Of a stretch of DNA of 64,000 nucleotides, positions 50,344-61,956 are shown piece by piece. The notes beneath the pieces are model-generated. The model was given only the letters and a program-made list of their open reading frames with translations. It had not been told where the DNA came from and made no database searches. A program made the translations under genes and the position numbers. The stretch is from NCBI GenBank assembly GCA_014905635.1, contig JABVCE010000002.1, positions 124,001-188,000 on the forward strand, given 5' to 3'. The stretch is from Scenedesmus sp. PABB004 (taxonomy: Eukaryota). Numbering within the stretch: the first letter of the stretch is position 1; the number at the start of each line of letters is the position of its first letter.

Positions 50344-52381
50344 CTGCCTCCAGCTGTGCCTCGCTGCAGCCGCCGCCCGCGGCCACCCCCGGCGCCGCGC
50401 CGTCCAGGCTGAGCGCGTGGGGCGCCGCGCCGAGCTGGCTGTGCCCGCCGCGCTCGCTGTCCCTGCGGCGCGCGGCGCGCGCGGCGTCGGCGCCAGCCGC
50501 GCGGCCCGAGCCCGCCGCTCGGCCCCGCCCCACGCGCGCGCGCGGGCGCGCGCGCGCGCGCACAGCGCCGCGCCGAGGTAGGCGGCGCCGAGCAGGTCTG
50601 GCGGCAGCGCCGCGCGCGCGCGCTTCTCGGCGTCGCGCAGCTCCCGGAAGTAGGGGTGCCGCAGCGCCTGGCGCGCGCTGAGGCGGTCGTCGGGGTTGTA
50701 CGTCAGCAGGCGGGCGATGAGGTCGGCGCAGTCGGGGTGCACGTGCCCCAGCAGCTTGCCGAGGCCGCTGCCCTGGCACGGCGCAAAGTCGAACGCCGCA
50801 GAGTGCGCGCTGCGCCGCTTGAGCTTGGCGAGCAGCTCCGGCGGCGGCGTGCCAAGCACGGCGTGGATCTTCTGGATCTGGTCCAGCTCGTTGGTGCCTG
50901 GCGGCGCGCCGCGCCGCGGGGTGCGGGGCGAGGCTGGGCGCGCGGGCGGCACGCGGGCTGGCGCCGAGCGCAGCGCGGCGTCAAACGACGGCCAGCGCCC
51001 TCACCCGGGAAGAGCGGGAAGAGCGCGACGACTTCAAACATGACGCACCCGACGCCCCACATGTCCATCTTGAAGTTGTAGTAGCCGTCCGTCAGCAGGC
51101 ACTCGGGCGCGCGGTACCTGGCGCGCGCGCGGCGGGCGTGCAGCCGCGCGCACGCGCGCGCGGCGGCGGGGCGGCCTCTGCCGGCCGCGGGGCTGCGGGC
51201 GGGCCGCGCACCGCGGCGGCGCGCGGCTGGCCTGGCGGAGCAGCCGGCGCGGCGCGTGCACCAGCGCGTGGAGATGTACTCGGTGTACGGCTGCTTGCTG
51301 TAGATGCCGCGGCAGGACCCAAAGTCGGCGAGCTTGAGCGCGTCGTCGGTGATGAGGATGTTCTCGGGCTTGATGTCCCTGCGACGTGCGACCGGCGGCG
51401 GCACACGAGGCGCGCGTCGGCGCGCGCACGCGCCGGGCAGCCCGCCGCGCGCCGCGCGCCGCCCCCGACGACTGCCACCGCGGCCGCGCGCCGGCAGGGC
51501 TGCCGCAGCTGCCGGCCGCGCGCGTCGCGCGCCGTGCCGCGCGCCTGTGGAAGATGCCGTTGCGGTGCATGTGGTCCATCGAGCGCAGCAGCTGGTAGAG
51601 GTAGCTGCGCGTGCGCTCCTCGGGCACGTAGTGCCGCCGCCCGCGGATGAGCTCGTAAATGTTCATGTCCTGACCCCCGCGGCGGCCGGCCGGGCCGGGT
51701 CAGCAGACGGCCCGGGCCCGCTGCACCCGGCCGGCCGCGGGCGCGCCGAGCCCGCCCGCCGCCGCGCCGCGCCCGCGCTGCCGCCGCGCCGCCGCGCCGC
51801 GCCGGCGCACCATGAGCTCGAACACGAGCGCGAGGCGCCCGGTGGGCTGGTCGTAGAGCACCTCCAGCAGCTTGATGATGTGGGGGTGCGGCGAGAGCCG
51901 GCGCAGCGCCTGGATCTCGCGCAGGCTGTTCACCTGGTCGAGCGAATCAAAGTGGCTCTTCATGCACTTGATGGCCACGTACTTGCCGTTCTTGATGCAC
52001 TGCGCCTTGAGCACCTCGCTGAACGTGCCCTCGCCCTTCTTCGCGACGAGGCGGTACTCTGCGGCGGCGCGCGCGGCGCGCGCAGCGCAGCGTGGCGGCG
52101 CGCGCGCGTGGGACCGCCGCCCCGGACGACGGCAGCGACAGCGGCGGTGGGGGCGGTCGGCGCGGCGAGCGCGCCGCCGCGGCCGCGCCCGCCCGCGGCT
52201 GGCGCACGGCGCGGGCGCTGCGCTGCAGGCGCGCGGCGCTGGCCGCCCGCGCCGCTGCCTGCGCCGCCGGCGGCGCCGGCATGCCAGGCCCTGCTGCAGC
52301 TGCCTGCAGACCACAGGTGCAGTCCAGGCTGCGGGGAGCGACCGCCGCCGCCCGCGCGTGCGGAGAGCGCTCACTGTGCAT
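49005..52381 (-). CDS. MOK: MOK/LF4 (long flagella 4)-type MAPK-related kinase
   Basis: MHKYRLVAKKGEGTFSEVLKA...[47 protein letters not shown], and a long disordered tail ending YVSPY. 8 exons. Confidence 0.92.
49392..49484 (-). repeat. (CAG)31 polyglutamine tract in the MOK tail
   Basis: Uninterrupted CTG run on +, read as Q31 in the last exon. Confidence 0.9.
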
Positions 52382-52813
52382 GGCTGCTGTAGCGCGCGCC
52401 GCCGCCCGCCGCGTTGCTCTGCTGGCTCAGCCGACGCCCATGCTGGCCCCCGAGCAGCGTGGACGGGCCGGCAGCGCGCCCTGGCCGCCGGGGAGGGGGC
52501 GGCGCTGTCGCAGCGCGGACGCCGGCAGCTGCTGTCGGGCTCAGCGGCCGCACCGGAGCTTGCTGGCGCGTTTTCGACAGGCTCCTGGGCCGGTGGCACC
52601 GACGGACCCCCGTGCAGGGCGAGGGCAGGCGGACAGGCGCGGCCGGCCGCTGGTCAAACGCCCACGAGCGCTCGCTGTCCTCCCTCGTCTCGCCTGACCC
52701 GCAGCACCGCCACTGCCGCTGGCCGTGCCGCCCCCCTCGAACCCCTCGAAGTCCCTCGGGGGGTCACCGCTAGCTGCGGCGCCCGCGGCCGCGCCGCCCG
52801 CTGCAGCAGCAGC

Positions 52814-53831
52814 ATGGAGGTAGGCTTCATCGAGGTCTTCCCGCCGCGCGCCGCCGGCAGCCGCCCGCCGGCGCTGCTGCAGACGCTCGAGGCGCGCCTG
52901 CTGGAGGCCACCAACGCAGCGGCGCGCGCCGCCGGCGCGGGCCCGCACCAGCGGCGCGACCCGGCGCTGGCGGCCAACCTCGCGCTCGACGTGCACCGCC
53001 AGGCGCGCACGCCCGGCAGCGCCGGCGCGGGCGCCCGCCGTGCCGTGTCGGCCGACGCGCCAGCGCCCTGCTGCTGCTGCCCGCCGCCCGTGCACAGGTG
53101 CTCGCCGCCTTTATCGACGGCTTCAGCGCGGCATACGCGCCGCTGCTGCGCGACGTGCAGGCCGCGTTTGACGGCGCGATCGCGCAGGGCCTGCGCGACG
53201 CGCTCGACGCGAGCGCGCTGCGGGCCAAGCTGCTCGCGGCGCGCGCTGCGCAGGCGGCGGCGGCGCGGGCGGCACGCGCGGAGGTCATTGACGGTGAGCG
53301 GCCCTCCTGTCGCTCCCACCGCCGCCCGCGCCGCCGCGCACACGCCGGGCGCGGGCGCCGCCCACATGCTGCCCCAGCCGAACCGCTGCCGCCGCCGCCG
53401 CCGCCGCGCGCGCAGGCCAGGCGGCGGAGCGCGCGTGCGCGCACCGCGCCATCGCCGCCGCGCAGGCCCGCCTGGCCGCCGCGGAGCGGCGCCGCGCGGT
53501 CGGCGCCAGGGACCTCGCGCGCGCGCGGCAGGAGCTGGCGCACGTGCACGCGCTCGCCAGGGCCAGCCGCGCCGCCAAGGCGCGCCAGGCCGAGGCGGCC
53601 GCGGCCGAGGCCGAGTGGGCGGCCAAGCCGGGCGCGGCGGGAATGCTGAGCATGGTGGCCGAGCCGCTCAGCAAGCAGGAGGAGGAGGAGCTGGAGGCGG
53701 AGCTCGGCGTGGCGGCCGAGGCGGCGACGCCCAAGCACCCGCTGCAGCAGGCGCTCGAGCTGCTCGAGGCGCACGACGCAGCCGCTGCCGCGCGCCTGCT
53801 GGAGCAGACCACCGGCGCCGCCGGCGGCTGA
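52814..53831 (+). CDS. TSNAXIP1 N-terminal-domain-like coiled-coil protein
   Basis: LLQTLEARL...LALDVHRQVLAAFIDGFSAAYAPLLRDVQAAFD resembles the TSNAXIP1_N pattern. Three exons, first donor GC. Confidence 0.55.
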
Positions 53832-53839
53832 CAGACCGA

Positions 53840-53844
53840 TTACA
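53840..53844 (-). promoter_or_regulatory. TGTAA polyadenylation signal for the 53915 gene
   Basis: ttaca on + about 70 nt past the minus-strand stop. Confidence 0.55.
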
Positions 53845-53914
53845 GGGCCGGCGGCCGCCTCGGCCGCCGCCTGCGCCAACTCCTCCCGCGCTCTGCTGCC
53901 CGCCTGGTCGCTGC

Positions 53915-54302
53915 TCACTCCTGCTGCGCCGGACCCCCCTCGCCGTCGCCGGCGTCGAGCGCCTGGCCCCACGTCTGCGCCCTGCGCTCGCCGCTCTCCT
54001 GGTCGCGCACGAGCATGAGGCCCGGCATCTCCCCCCGGGCCGCCTGCTCCTTGAGCAGCGCGTCGCGGCGGCTGAGCAGCTCGTCCTTGGGCACGTCTGC
54101 GGCGGCGGCGGCGCCGGCGGCCGGCCGCGCTGGCTGCTGGCTTCGGGGCGGCGCGCCCGCGCGCGCGTGTCGGCGCTCGCCCACCTTGCAGCGTGCCCGT
54201 CGGCGTGTAGGGCGGCGCCCCGCCGTCGGGCGCGGGGGCCTCGCCGCCGGTCGCATGGGGCTGGCCCGCCGGCGCAGGCGGCGGCGGCGGTGGCGCGTCC
54301 AT
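53915..54302 (-). CDS. Small hypothetical protein
   Basis: Exons 54302-54185 and 54096-53915: MDAPPP...YTPTGTLQDVPKDELLSRRDALLKEQ...AQQE*, followed by TGTAA. Confidence 0.6.
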
Positions 54303-54771
54303 CGTCGTCGCAGCACGGCGCGGCGCGACGGTGGCGGCGGAAGCGTCGAGACGCTGAGTCGCTCTGTGGGCGCGGAGCCACATTGGGGGGCGGGTTCTGC
54401 GCACCGCCGGGGCGGCGGCGCGGCCTTGACGCCGTGTTGTGACGGCCGCGGCGGCGCGTGTTTTACCTCGTCCGCGGTCCAGGGCCGCCACACGCGCACC
54501 GGCAGCCCGTGCATCCGCAGCCCGTCCAGCGCCGCAGCCACCCCTCGCGATGCGCCGCGAGTCGCCGCCGCCGGCGCCGGGCTCGAGCGGCGACGGCCGC
54601 GTCGCCAACGCACACCTGGCCAGCCCGCCGCCCCCAGACGCGGGCAGGGACGCGCCCATCACGCAGGCAGGGGCAGGCGGCGGCGCGCTCGCCCGCGCGG
54701 CGCCCGCACAGGCGCGCCGAACGCCGCTGCGCGCCGCCGCCGCCGCTCGCCCCGCGCGGCGCGAGCAGACT

Positions 54772-55216
54772 ATGTCCCCGGTCAAGGGCCAGCTGCTCAC
54801 GCACTCGGGGCCCGACGTGGAGAGCCACGGCCACGCCCGCATCGGGGACGGCGCGCGCGTGTGCGAGGTCTCGGGCGGGCGCATCCACGTCGTGCGCCAA
54901 GCGGCGAGCCCGCCGCACCCGGCGGCGAGCACGCGCCCGCCATGGCCAGCGACCCGCCGCGCGAGTTCCTGCACGACGGCACGACCTTTGCGACCGGTGC
55001 GCGCGGCGGCTGGCTGCTGCGCTGCAGCCGCGCGGCGCCGCCCGGGCGCGGCCGGCGCGCGCCCACGGCGGGCGCTCGCGCGGCGCGGCGCGCCCGGCAG
55101 GCGCGGCGCGCGGCGGCGGCGAGGGGCTCCTGGCGCGCGTGAAGGCGGCCGTGCCCGGCACAGCGGAGCACAGGGCGAAGAAGGACGCCGAGGGCAACCT
55201 GGCGGTCTACATGTGA
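54772..55216 (+). CDS. Small hydrophilic protein with a dehydrin K-segment-like motif; apparent frameshift near 54897
   Basis: MSPVKGQLLTHSGPD...IHVVR, then a shifted frame PSGEP...MASDPPREFLHDGTTFAT, an intron, and GLLARVKAAVPGTAEHRAKK...*. Confidence 0.45.
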
Positions 55217-55310
55217 GCGGCCAGCGAGCGCGCGGCTGCAGCGAGCCTCGCTGAGGTTGCAGCGCGCGGCGTGACACAGGCAACCCATGTTGCAGCCCCG
55301 CTCCGCGCGC

Positions 55311-56124
55311 TCACGCGTCGTCGCCGCCGCCGCCCGCGAGCTGCGCGTCCAGCGCCCGGATGGTGCCGTGCAGCGCCGCCATCTCCCGCACCTGCGCGGC
55401 CGCCTCGCCCGCCACCGCGCCGAGCTGCTCGCCGCACGGCTCGCGGCCGAGCGCGCGCATGTGCGCCACCCACGCCTCGCGCTCCTCCACCTCGCCCGCG
55501 AGCTCCTGGAAACGCGCCGCCGCCGCCTGCCGCCGCGTGCGCGGGCTGCCGGCCGCGTCGGCCGCCTCCCGCGCCGCTCGCCGCTGCACGACGGGGATGT
55601 CGCCCCGGTGCTGCATGAGCAGCGCAACGCTCCTTCTCCGCCGCGCCCAGCAGGGGCCCTGGGCGGGCCGAGGCGGCGGCGGCCAGCGCGTCAGCCTTGC
55701 TTCCCTCTCGTTCTCGTGCGCTGCCGCAGCGGCCCGCACGCGCGCGCGCACCCGTCGGCAGCGGCGCGCGCCGCCACGCCTGCTCCGCGTCCGCCGCAGT
55801 GGCCGCGAGGATGTCGGACGCCGCGCGCCGGCGCGGCAGCGTCGCCAGCTTGGCCTCGCGCTCGGTCGGCGAGGCGGGGCGGCCGCCGCAGCCCAAGCGC
55901 GGCACCGCCACCGCCTTGCGCGGCCGCGGCGCCGCCTGCACCGGGCTGGGCGGCGCGCGTGTGGGGGCCGCCGCCAGGCGGCGGCGGTTGGACTCGCTGA
56001 ACGCGAGCCCACGCGCACGGCCGTTCGTCGCGCCTCCGGCGTACAGAGCCCACAGCGCGCGCCCAGCTGGCGTGTCGCGGCCCAGCTGCTCCCACGTTTG
56101 CTGGGGCTGCTCTTCCTCGCGCAT
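55311..56124 (-). CDS. UPF0193 (EVG1/C22orf23-like) protein; apparent frameshift near 55627
   Basis: C-terminal RFQELAGEVEEREAWVAHMRALG...EAAAQVREMAAL fits the UPF0193 pattern. Intron 55751-55659. Confidence 0.65.
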
Positions 56125-56240
56125 TTCGAGGGCAAGGCAGCGCGGACAGCGCCGCGCGCTGCTGCTTCGCCCACGAGCCCCCAGGGGGCGAACAGCTCGC
56201 TGGAGCCCGTGGGGACGCGAGTGGACGGGCGTGCCGCGGT

Positions 56241-56245
56241 TTACA
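56241..56245 (-). promoter_or_regulatory. TGTAA polyadenylation signal for the Rpp21-domain gene
   Basis: ttaca on + about 60 nt past the stop at 56303. Confidence 0.55.
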
Positions 56246-56302
56246 GACGTGCGGCGGCCACCACGGGGCCGGCACGCGCCGCCGCCGCCAGTCAAACGGC
56301 AG

Positions 56303-58321
56303 TCAACCGTGATGCTGGCGCGTGAGGGTTGACTGCCGTCTGTACACCGCGTGCCGCAGTGCGCGCCGGCCCGCCGTCTTGCGCAGCAGGTGCGCGCGCA
56401 CCGCGTGAAGCTGCACCAGCGCGTGCCGCCGCCCGCCAAGCACGGGCGCGGCGGCGCGGTGCCCGCGCGGCGCCGACGACCGCCGCTGCCGCACGGCGGC
56501 GCCCCCCGCCGCTCCCGCAGGCGGCGCGGCGCCGTCGCCGCCGCTCGAGACGTCCGCGAGCCCCGTCTCCTCGTGGGCGCCCTCGCTGCTGCTCGCCGCC
56601 GCGCCGTCGCCGCCCGGCCCCGAGCCGCTCGACTGCTGGCCCCCGCCGCTGGCCTCGTCACCCGGCTCGCTGCCGCCCTCGCTGCTCGCCTCGCGCCGCG
56701 CAGAGCTGGCCGCAGACTGGGACCGGCTGGACAGCCACCCGTCCGAGGCCGCAGCGCAGGCAGGTGCCCGCCCACCCGCCCATGGGCCGGCAAAGGGCGC
56801 CGCGCCGTCGCTGCCATCGGACGGCGAGCCGTCTGCCGCTGCCCCCTCTCCGCTGGCTGCGCTGGGCTGCCGCGCGCTGCCTGCGCCGCCGCTTGGCGCC
56901 AGCAGCCCCGCGCCCTGCGGCTCAGGCGGTCCTCCGACGGCAGCAGCCAGCTGCGGCGCCCTCGCAGTGCTGGCGCGCGCGTCGTCCGGCGGGGTGATGA
57001 CCGCCGGCAGGGAGCTGTCGGCGAGCACCACCAGCTGCGGTGGCTGCCACGCCGTGGCCCCCGCCTGCCGCAGGTCTGGGCCGTCAGCTGCGGCTGGCGG
57101 CGCCGACGGCGGAGCCAGGGGCCAGGCACGTGCCTGTTGCCGCCCGGCGGCCGCCCTGCTCCCGCCTGCTGCCGTGCGGCTCCTGGTCAGCACGCCAGCG
57201 ACGGCGCCTGGCCCCGCCAACGCAGGCGGCGCGGCCGCTGCTGGCGGCACCTCAGCTGCCTGCGCTGCGCTCTCAGCTGCCTCTGCTGCAGGCGCCTCCG
57301 CTGCAGGCGCCTCCGCCGCCGGTATCTCTGCCGCCAGCACCTCCGCCGCCAGCGCCTCCGCTGCAGGCGCCTCTGCTGCAGGCGCTTCTGCTGCAGGCGC
57401 CTCCGCTGCAGGCGCCTCTGCTGCAGGCGCCTCTGCTGCAGGCGCCTCTGGTCCAGGCGCCTCTGCTGCAGGGGCCTCTGCCGCAGGCGGCGCTGCCACC
57501 GGCGGCTCTGCTGCAGGCGCCTCTGCCGGCGCCGCTGCCACCGGCGCCTCTGCTGCGGGTGCCTCTGTCGGCGCCGCTGCCACCGGCGGCTCTGTTGCAG
57601 GCGCCTCTGCCGCGGCGCCTGCCACCGGCGCTGCCGCAGCCGGGCTTGCACCGCCTGCTGAGGCGGCGGGTCCCTCAGCGGCATGGTCCAGCTGCTCCAG
57701 CTGCGAGCCCTCATCCAGCTGTGGGTCCTCGCCCCGCGCACGCTTGGCGAGCTGTGCGCCGCCTGCATCGAGCGGCCGCTTCAGGGCCCCTGCCGCCACC
57801 TCCGCCGCCAGCGGCGTCGGCTGCGCCTGCACCAGCACCGCTGGCTGCGCCTCGGCCAGCTGCAGCAGCTGCGGCTCCGGCGACACGGCCAGCTGCTGGG
57901 CCAGGACGTCCGCAGGCAGCGCCTGCGCCTGCGCCTGCGCCTGCGCCTGCGCCTGCGCCTGCGCCTGCGCCTGCGCCGGCTGCGGCTCCAGAGGCGCCTG
58001 CAGCTGCGCGGTTGGGGCCTCGGCCAGGCTCGGCGCCCCCGCCAGCGAGTCGCGGCGCTGCCGGCGCAGCTGCTGCTTCGCCTTGCGCGCGACGGCTTGC
58101 TGGCGCGGGTCGGGCCCCGTGACCGGCACCTCGGCAAAGCCCTCCTTGGCCAGGTGCTTCTGGGCGAGGCCCACGGACAGGAAGGGCCGCACTGACGGCT
58201 CCTGGCAGGCCTGCGCGGGCGGCGCGGCGGCCGCCACTCAGCACCGGGGCTGCGCCCGCAGCAGCCCCGCTCGCAGCCCCCTGCGCTCACCATGCACACG
58301 CGCACCGCCGCCACGGTGTTG

Positions 58322-58355
<34 letters not shown>

Positions 58356-58928
58356 CGCCCGCTCTGGCGCTGCCACCGGTCGTGCCGCCGCTGCCACCGG
58401 TCGCGCCGCCGCTGGCGGCGGGCAGCTTGCGCGAGAGCCGCCTGCTGGCGGCGGCCGGCAGCCACGCGATGTGCACGTCTGCGCACGTCGAGGGGTTGAG
58501 CGGGCTGCCGCACTTGCGGCACAGCTGCGACCGGGCCGGCAGCGAGGTTGCCAGCAGCTGCTGCGCATCGGCGTACTGCGGGCGGCGCGCGGCGCGGGGG
58601 TTTGGCTGGGCGCCGCGCGGGGCTTCGGCGCCGCTGCTGCCGCGCGGCCGCCGCCGCCCCAGGCTGGCGACAGGGAGGCCACCGCGCGCTCCTGCGACGG
58701 CGCCCCCTGCACCACGCCCCTTCCCGCCCTGGCGCGGGCCGGGGGGCGCCCGCGCCGCCGCGCCGGCCGCCGCACCAGCAGCGCCTGCTGCCCCAAGTGC
58801 GTGGACAGCCCAGGCAGCGCCGCAGAGAAGAGCTGGGCCGCGTGCGTCAGAAAGTTCACGCGCGCGGCCTCTGGCAGCTCGGCGGTGGCCTTGCGCGTCG
58901 GCGCGCGCAGGGCGCGGCGGCCGCTCAT
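56303..58928 (-). CDS. Rpr2/Rpp21 (RNase P/MRP subunit) domain protein with a long low-complexity tail
   Basis: RVNFLTHAAQL...LSTHLG...QLCRKCGSPL...VRVCMAC (Cys4 zinc site). Exons 58928-58776, 58575-58291, 58210-56303. Confidence 0.65.
57280..57620 (-). repeat. 15-nt coding repeats (EAPAA) and related units
   Basis: ctgcaggcgcctcyg repeated on +. A (QA)n tract lies at about 57919-57975. Confidence 0.9.
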
Positions 58929-59177
58929 CGCAGCGGCGGCTCGTGCCCGCGCCGGCCCCAGGCTGCGCGGAGGGAGCGGGGAGGCTTCACAAAAGTTCAG
59001 TTCTCGGGGCCCACCGCGACCACGTCGGCGGCAGCGGCGCGACGCGACGCGCAGGGCACAGCGCAGAGCCGCCGCCCGCCCGCCGCCCCCGGGCACCGGC
59101 GCCCGTCGCCTCGCTCGCTCCCGCCGCGACTCGAGCTCGGCGTCGCCCCACCCACGTCCGCCGGCGCGGGCAGCTGC

Positions 59178-60046
59178 TCAGCGGATGGTCGCGTACGTGG
59201 CAAACTCGGGCGTGTCCCACGCGCCGTGGCCGCCCGGGCCGGCGCCGCCGCCGCCGGCGGCGGGGCCGAAGAGCAGCACCTGCCGGATGTGCGTGTCGCG
59301 CCCGTTCTGGTGGTTTGCGAGCACCGCGACCTGCAGGTGGAACGCGCGCAGGTGCGGCCCGCCCGCGCCCTCCGCCCCGAGCGGCACGACCGTCCAGCCC
59401 GACGGCTCGCGCAGCTCCACGACGCAGATGTCCTGCGCGTGCGGCGGCGGGGTGCGGCGGCGGCGGATGGGCGCGGGGGCGCGGGGGCGCGCGCGGGTGC
59501 CAGCCCCGCGCAGCTGCGCGGCACGCCCGCCGCCGCCGCGGTCGCGGCGCGCCTTGAGGTCGTGGTGCGTGCTGCCGGCGCGCACGGCGAGGCGGCTGGG
59601 CGTGTAGCTCTCGTCGGCCTTGAAGTCCATGTGCAGGTGCAGCTCCTGCGCGGGCAGCGCAGCGGAGGGCACGCGGGCACGAGGGCGCTGGGCCATGTGC
59701 GCTCCGCCGCAGGCGCGCGCCACCCGCGGCGCCGCGCCTTGAGCTCCACGCGCCGCGTGAACTGGATGTTGAGCAGGTGCGGCTGCGCGCCGTCCGACCT
59801 GCGGCGCGGCGCGCGGCGCCGGCGTCGCGACCGAGCGGCAGCGGCGGCGGCCGGTGCGGCAGCGGCGCCTCACTGCCAGAACGTCTCGCAGCTGCCGTCG
59901 CGCAGGAGCTCCACGCCGTTGCCGGGCTTGGCGCTGGTCACCGACCAGGCCGCCAGCGCGCCGAGCTCGCGCAGGCCGCTGCCGCCGCCGCTGCTGCGCG
60001 GCTCGACGGCGAACGCGCCCGGCGGCGGGCTGCCCGCCACCGACAT
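59178..60046 (-). CDS. APC10: Anaphase-promoting complex subunit 10 (DOC1)
   Basis: [17 protein letters not shown]...[34 protein letters not shown] and a C-terminal IR tail. Four exons, two GC donors. Confidence 0.96.
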
Positions 60047-60434
60047 CGACAGCGGCGATCGGGCGCCGTCAGGGCATGCCTGCCGGGTCAAGGCGCGGGC
60101 GGGGGCCCCCGACAGCTGGGCTCGCGTGCGTGGCGCGGGTCAACGGCGCTCGCGAGCCACCGCGCCGGGGCCGTCGGTGCAGGGGTGAGCAGGCGCGCCG
60201 GCAGCCGGGGCTGCCGGCGAGGTGTGATGCGCCGCGGGTGCTGCTCGGCGGTGCCGCGCTCAACCCCAGCCCGCGCGCTCCGCCCGCCCCCGTCCCCGGC
60301 CGCGCCAGAGTGCGCCCCGAGCCCAGAGCACACAGAGCAGGAGACCCGAGAGCGTGCCCCAGCGACCCCACGCGAGCGAGGCCCGCCCTCACCAACAGCG
60401 CCCTCGCCCGCCACCGCGGCCCAGGGCGGCGGCC

Positions 60435-61956
60435 ATGCAGGCCTCGCAGCAGACCGCCCGGGCGGCCGGGCGGCCGCGGGGCGCGCCGCGGGCGCCCCCG
60501 GCGCCGGCCGGGACGCGGAGGCCCGCCCGGGCGCCCCGGCAGCCCCTGCGCGTCTGCCTCTACGCCAGCGCGGGCGTGCCCGCGCAGGTGGCGGAGGCCG
60601 AGGTGGCGCTGCCCCGGCCCCTGCCCACGCGCGTGGAGAGCGTGGCGGACGACCCCACGCTCGCCAACCCGCTGCTGCGCGCCCAGCGGTGAGCCCGCAC
60701 GCCCGCGGCGCGGCCCGGGCACGCGCCCGGCGGGGCCGTGGCCGCCGCGCGCGCGGCGGGCGGCGCGGGGCCGGATCGGGGCGCGGGGGGCCACGCGCGG
60801 GCATCCGCCCGCCCGCGCGCCGCCCACGCCCGCCCCGCCGCCCCGCGCGCAGGCTGTCCACGGGCTGGTTCGGCGTGATCACCGAGTGGGAGGGCGTGCT
60901 GGTCGACAGCACGGCCGAGGCGCACGCGCGGGCGTGGCTGCAGGTGGCCGAGGAAATGGACCTCCCCCGGCCGCTGGGCCAGGTGCTGCAGCGCATCAAG
61001 GGCGCCCGCGACGAGGTGGTGCGTGCCCGCGCGCCGCGGCGGTGCATGCGCGCGCCGACCGCGCGCGGGGGCGGCGCGATGCCCCGCGGCGCTGCCCCCG
61101 CCGCCGCGCCTGGTGCTGCGCCGCCGGGCGCCGACGCGCCGGCGCGCCGGCGCCCGACGCGCCGCCGCCGCCGCGCAGGTCATCATGCAGCTGTTCCACT
61201 GGACGCGCAACCCGGGGCAGGCCGCGAAGATCGCGGCGCGCAAGGAGGAGATTTACGACGGCATCATGAACGGCGCGCAGCCCGCCGAGGTGCCGGGCTC
61301 GCGCTCCTTCCTCGACACGCTGCGCAACTTCAACGTGAGCCGCCCGCGCGGGCGCCAGGGCCGCCGCGCCGCGCCGCCGCCGCGACGCGCCGGCGGGGCA
61401 GCGCGCCGACGCGCCGCCGCCGCGCCGCCGCCGCAGATCCCGGTGGCGCTCGCGACGTCGCAGCCGGAGCGGCGAGTGCGGCCGGCGATCGAGAAGCACA
61501 ACCTGGCCAACTACTTTGACGCCGTGGTTACCGCGGAGGACAGCGGCGCGCCCGAGGTGCGCCGCGGCCCGCCCCGCGCCGCGCCGGCGCCGGCGGCAGC
61601 AGCCGGGGGCCCCGCGCGGCGCGGCAGCGTCCCGCCGACGCGCCGACGCGCCCCGCCGCCCGCAGGTCGAGTTTTACTACATCAGCGCCGCGCAGCAGCT
61701 GCAGCGCCCGTTTGTGCGCTGCGTCGTCGTCGGCGACAGCAACCGCAGCGTCGAGGCCGCGCACGAGCTGGGCATGAAGAGCGTCATCGTCACGGGCGGG
61801 CAGCCGGCGTGGAACTTTTCGGGCGCCGACCTCGTCGTGCGCAGCCTCGGCGCGCTGAGCTTTGTCAACATGAAGTCCCTCTTTGGCAACGAGGACCTCG
61901 TGGAGAGCCAGTTTGAGCTCGAGCCGCAGCCGCAGGAGGAGTTTGGCCTCCACTGA
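60435..61956 (+). CDS. Plastid HAD-superfamily hydrolase, PyrP2 (ribitylaminouracil-phosphate phosphatase)-like family
   Basis: Transit peptide, LANPLLRAQRLSTGWFGVITEWEGVLV, CVVVGDSNRSVEAAHELGMK, ADLVVRSL. Five exons. Confidence 0.85.

Noticed and set aside
60875..60910. HAD motif I reads EWEG rather than DxD (possible pseudoenzyme)
   Set aside because: As I recall, EWEG is a normal feature of the plant PyrP2-like subfamily.
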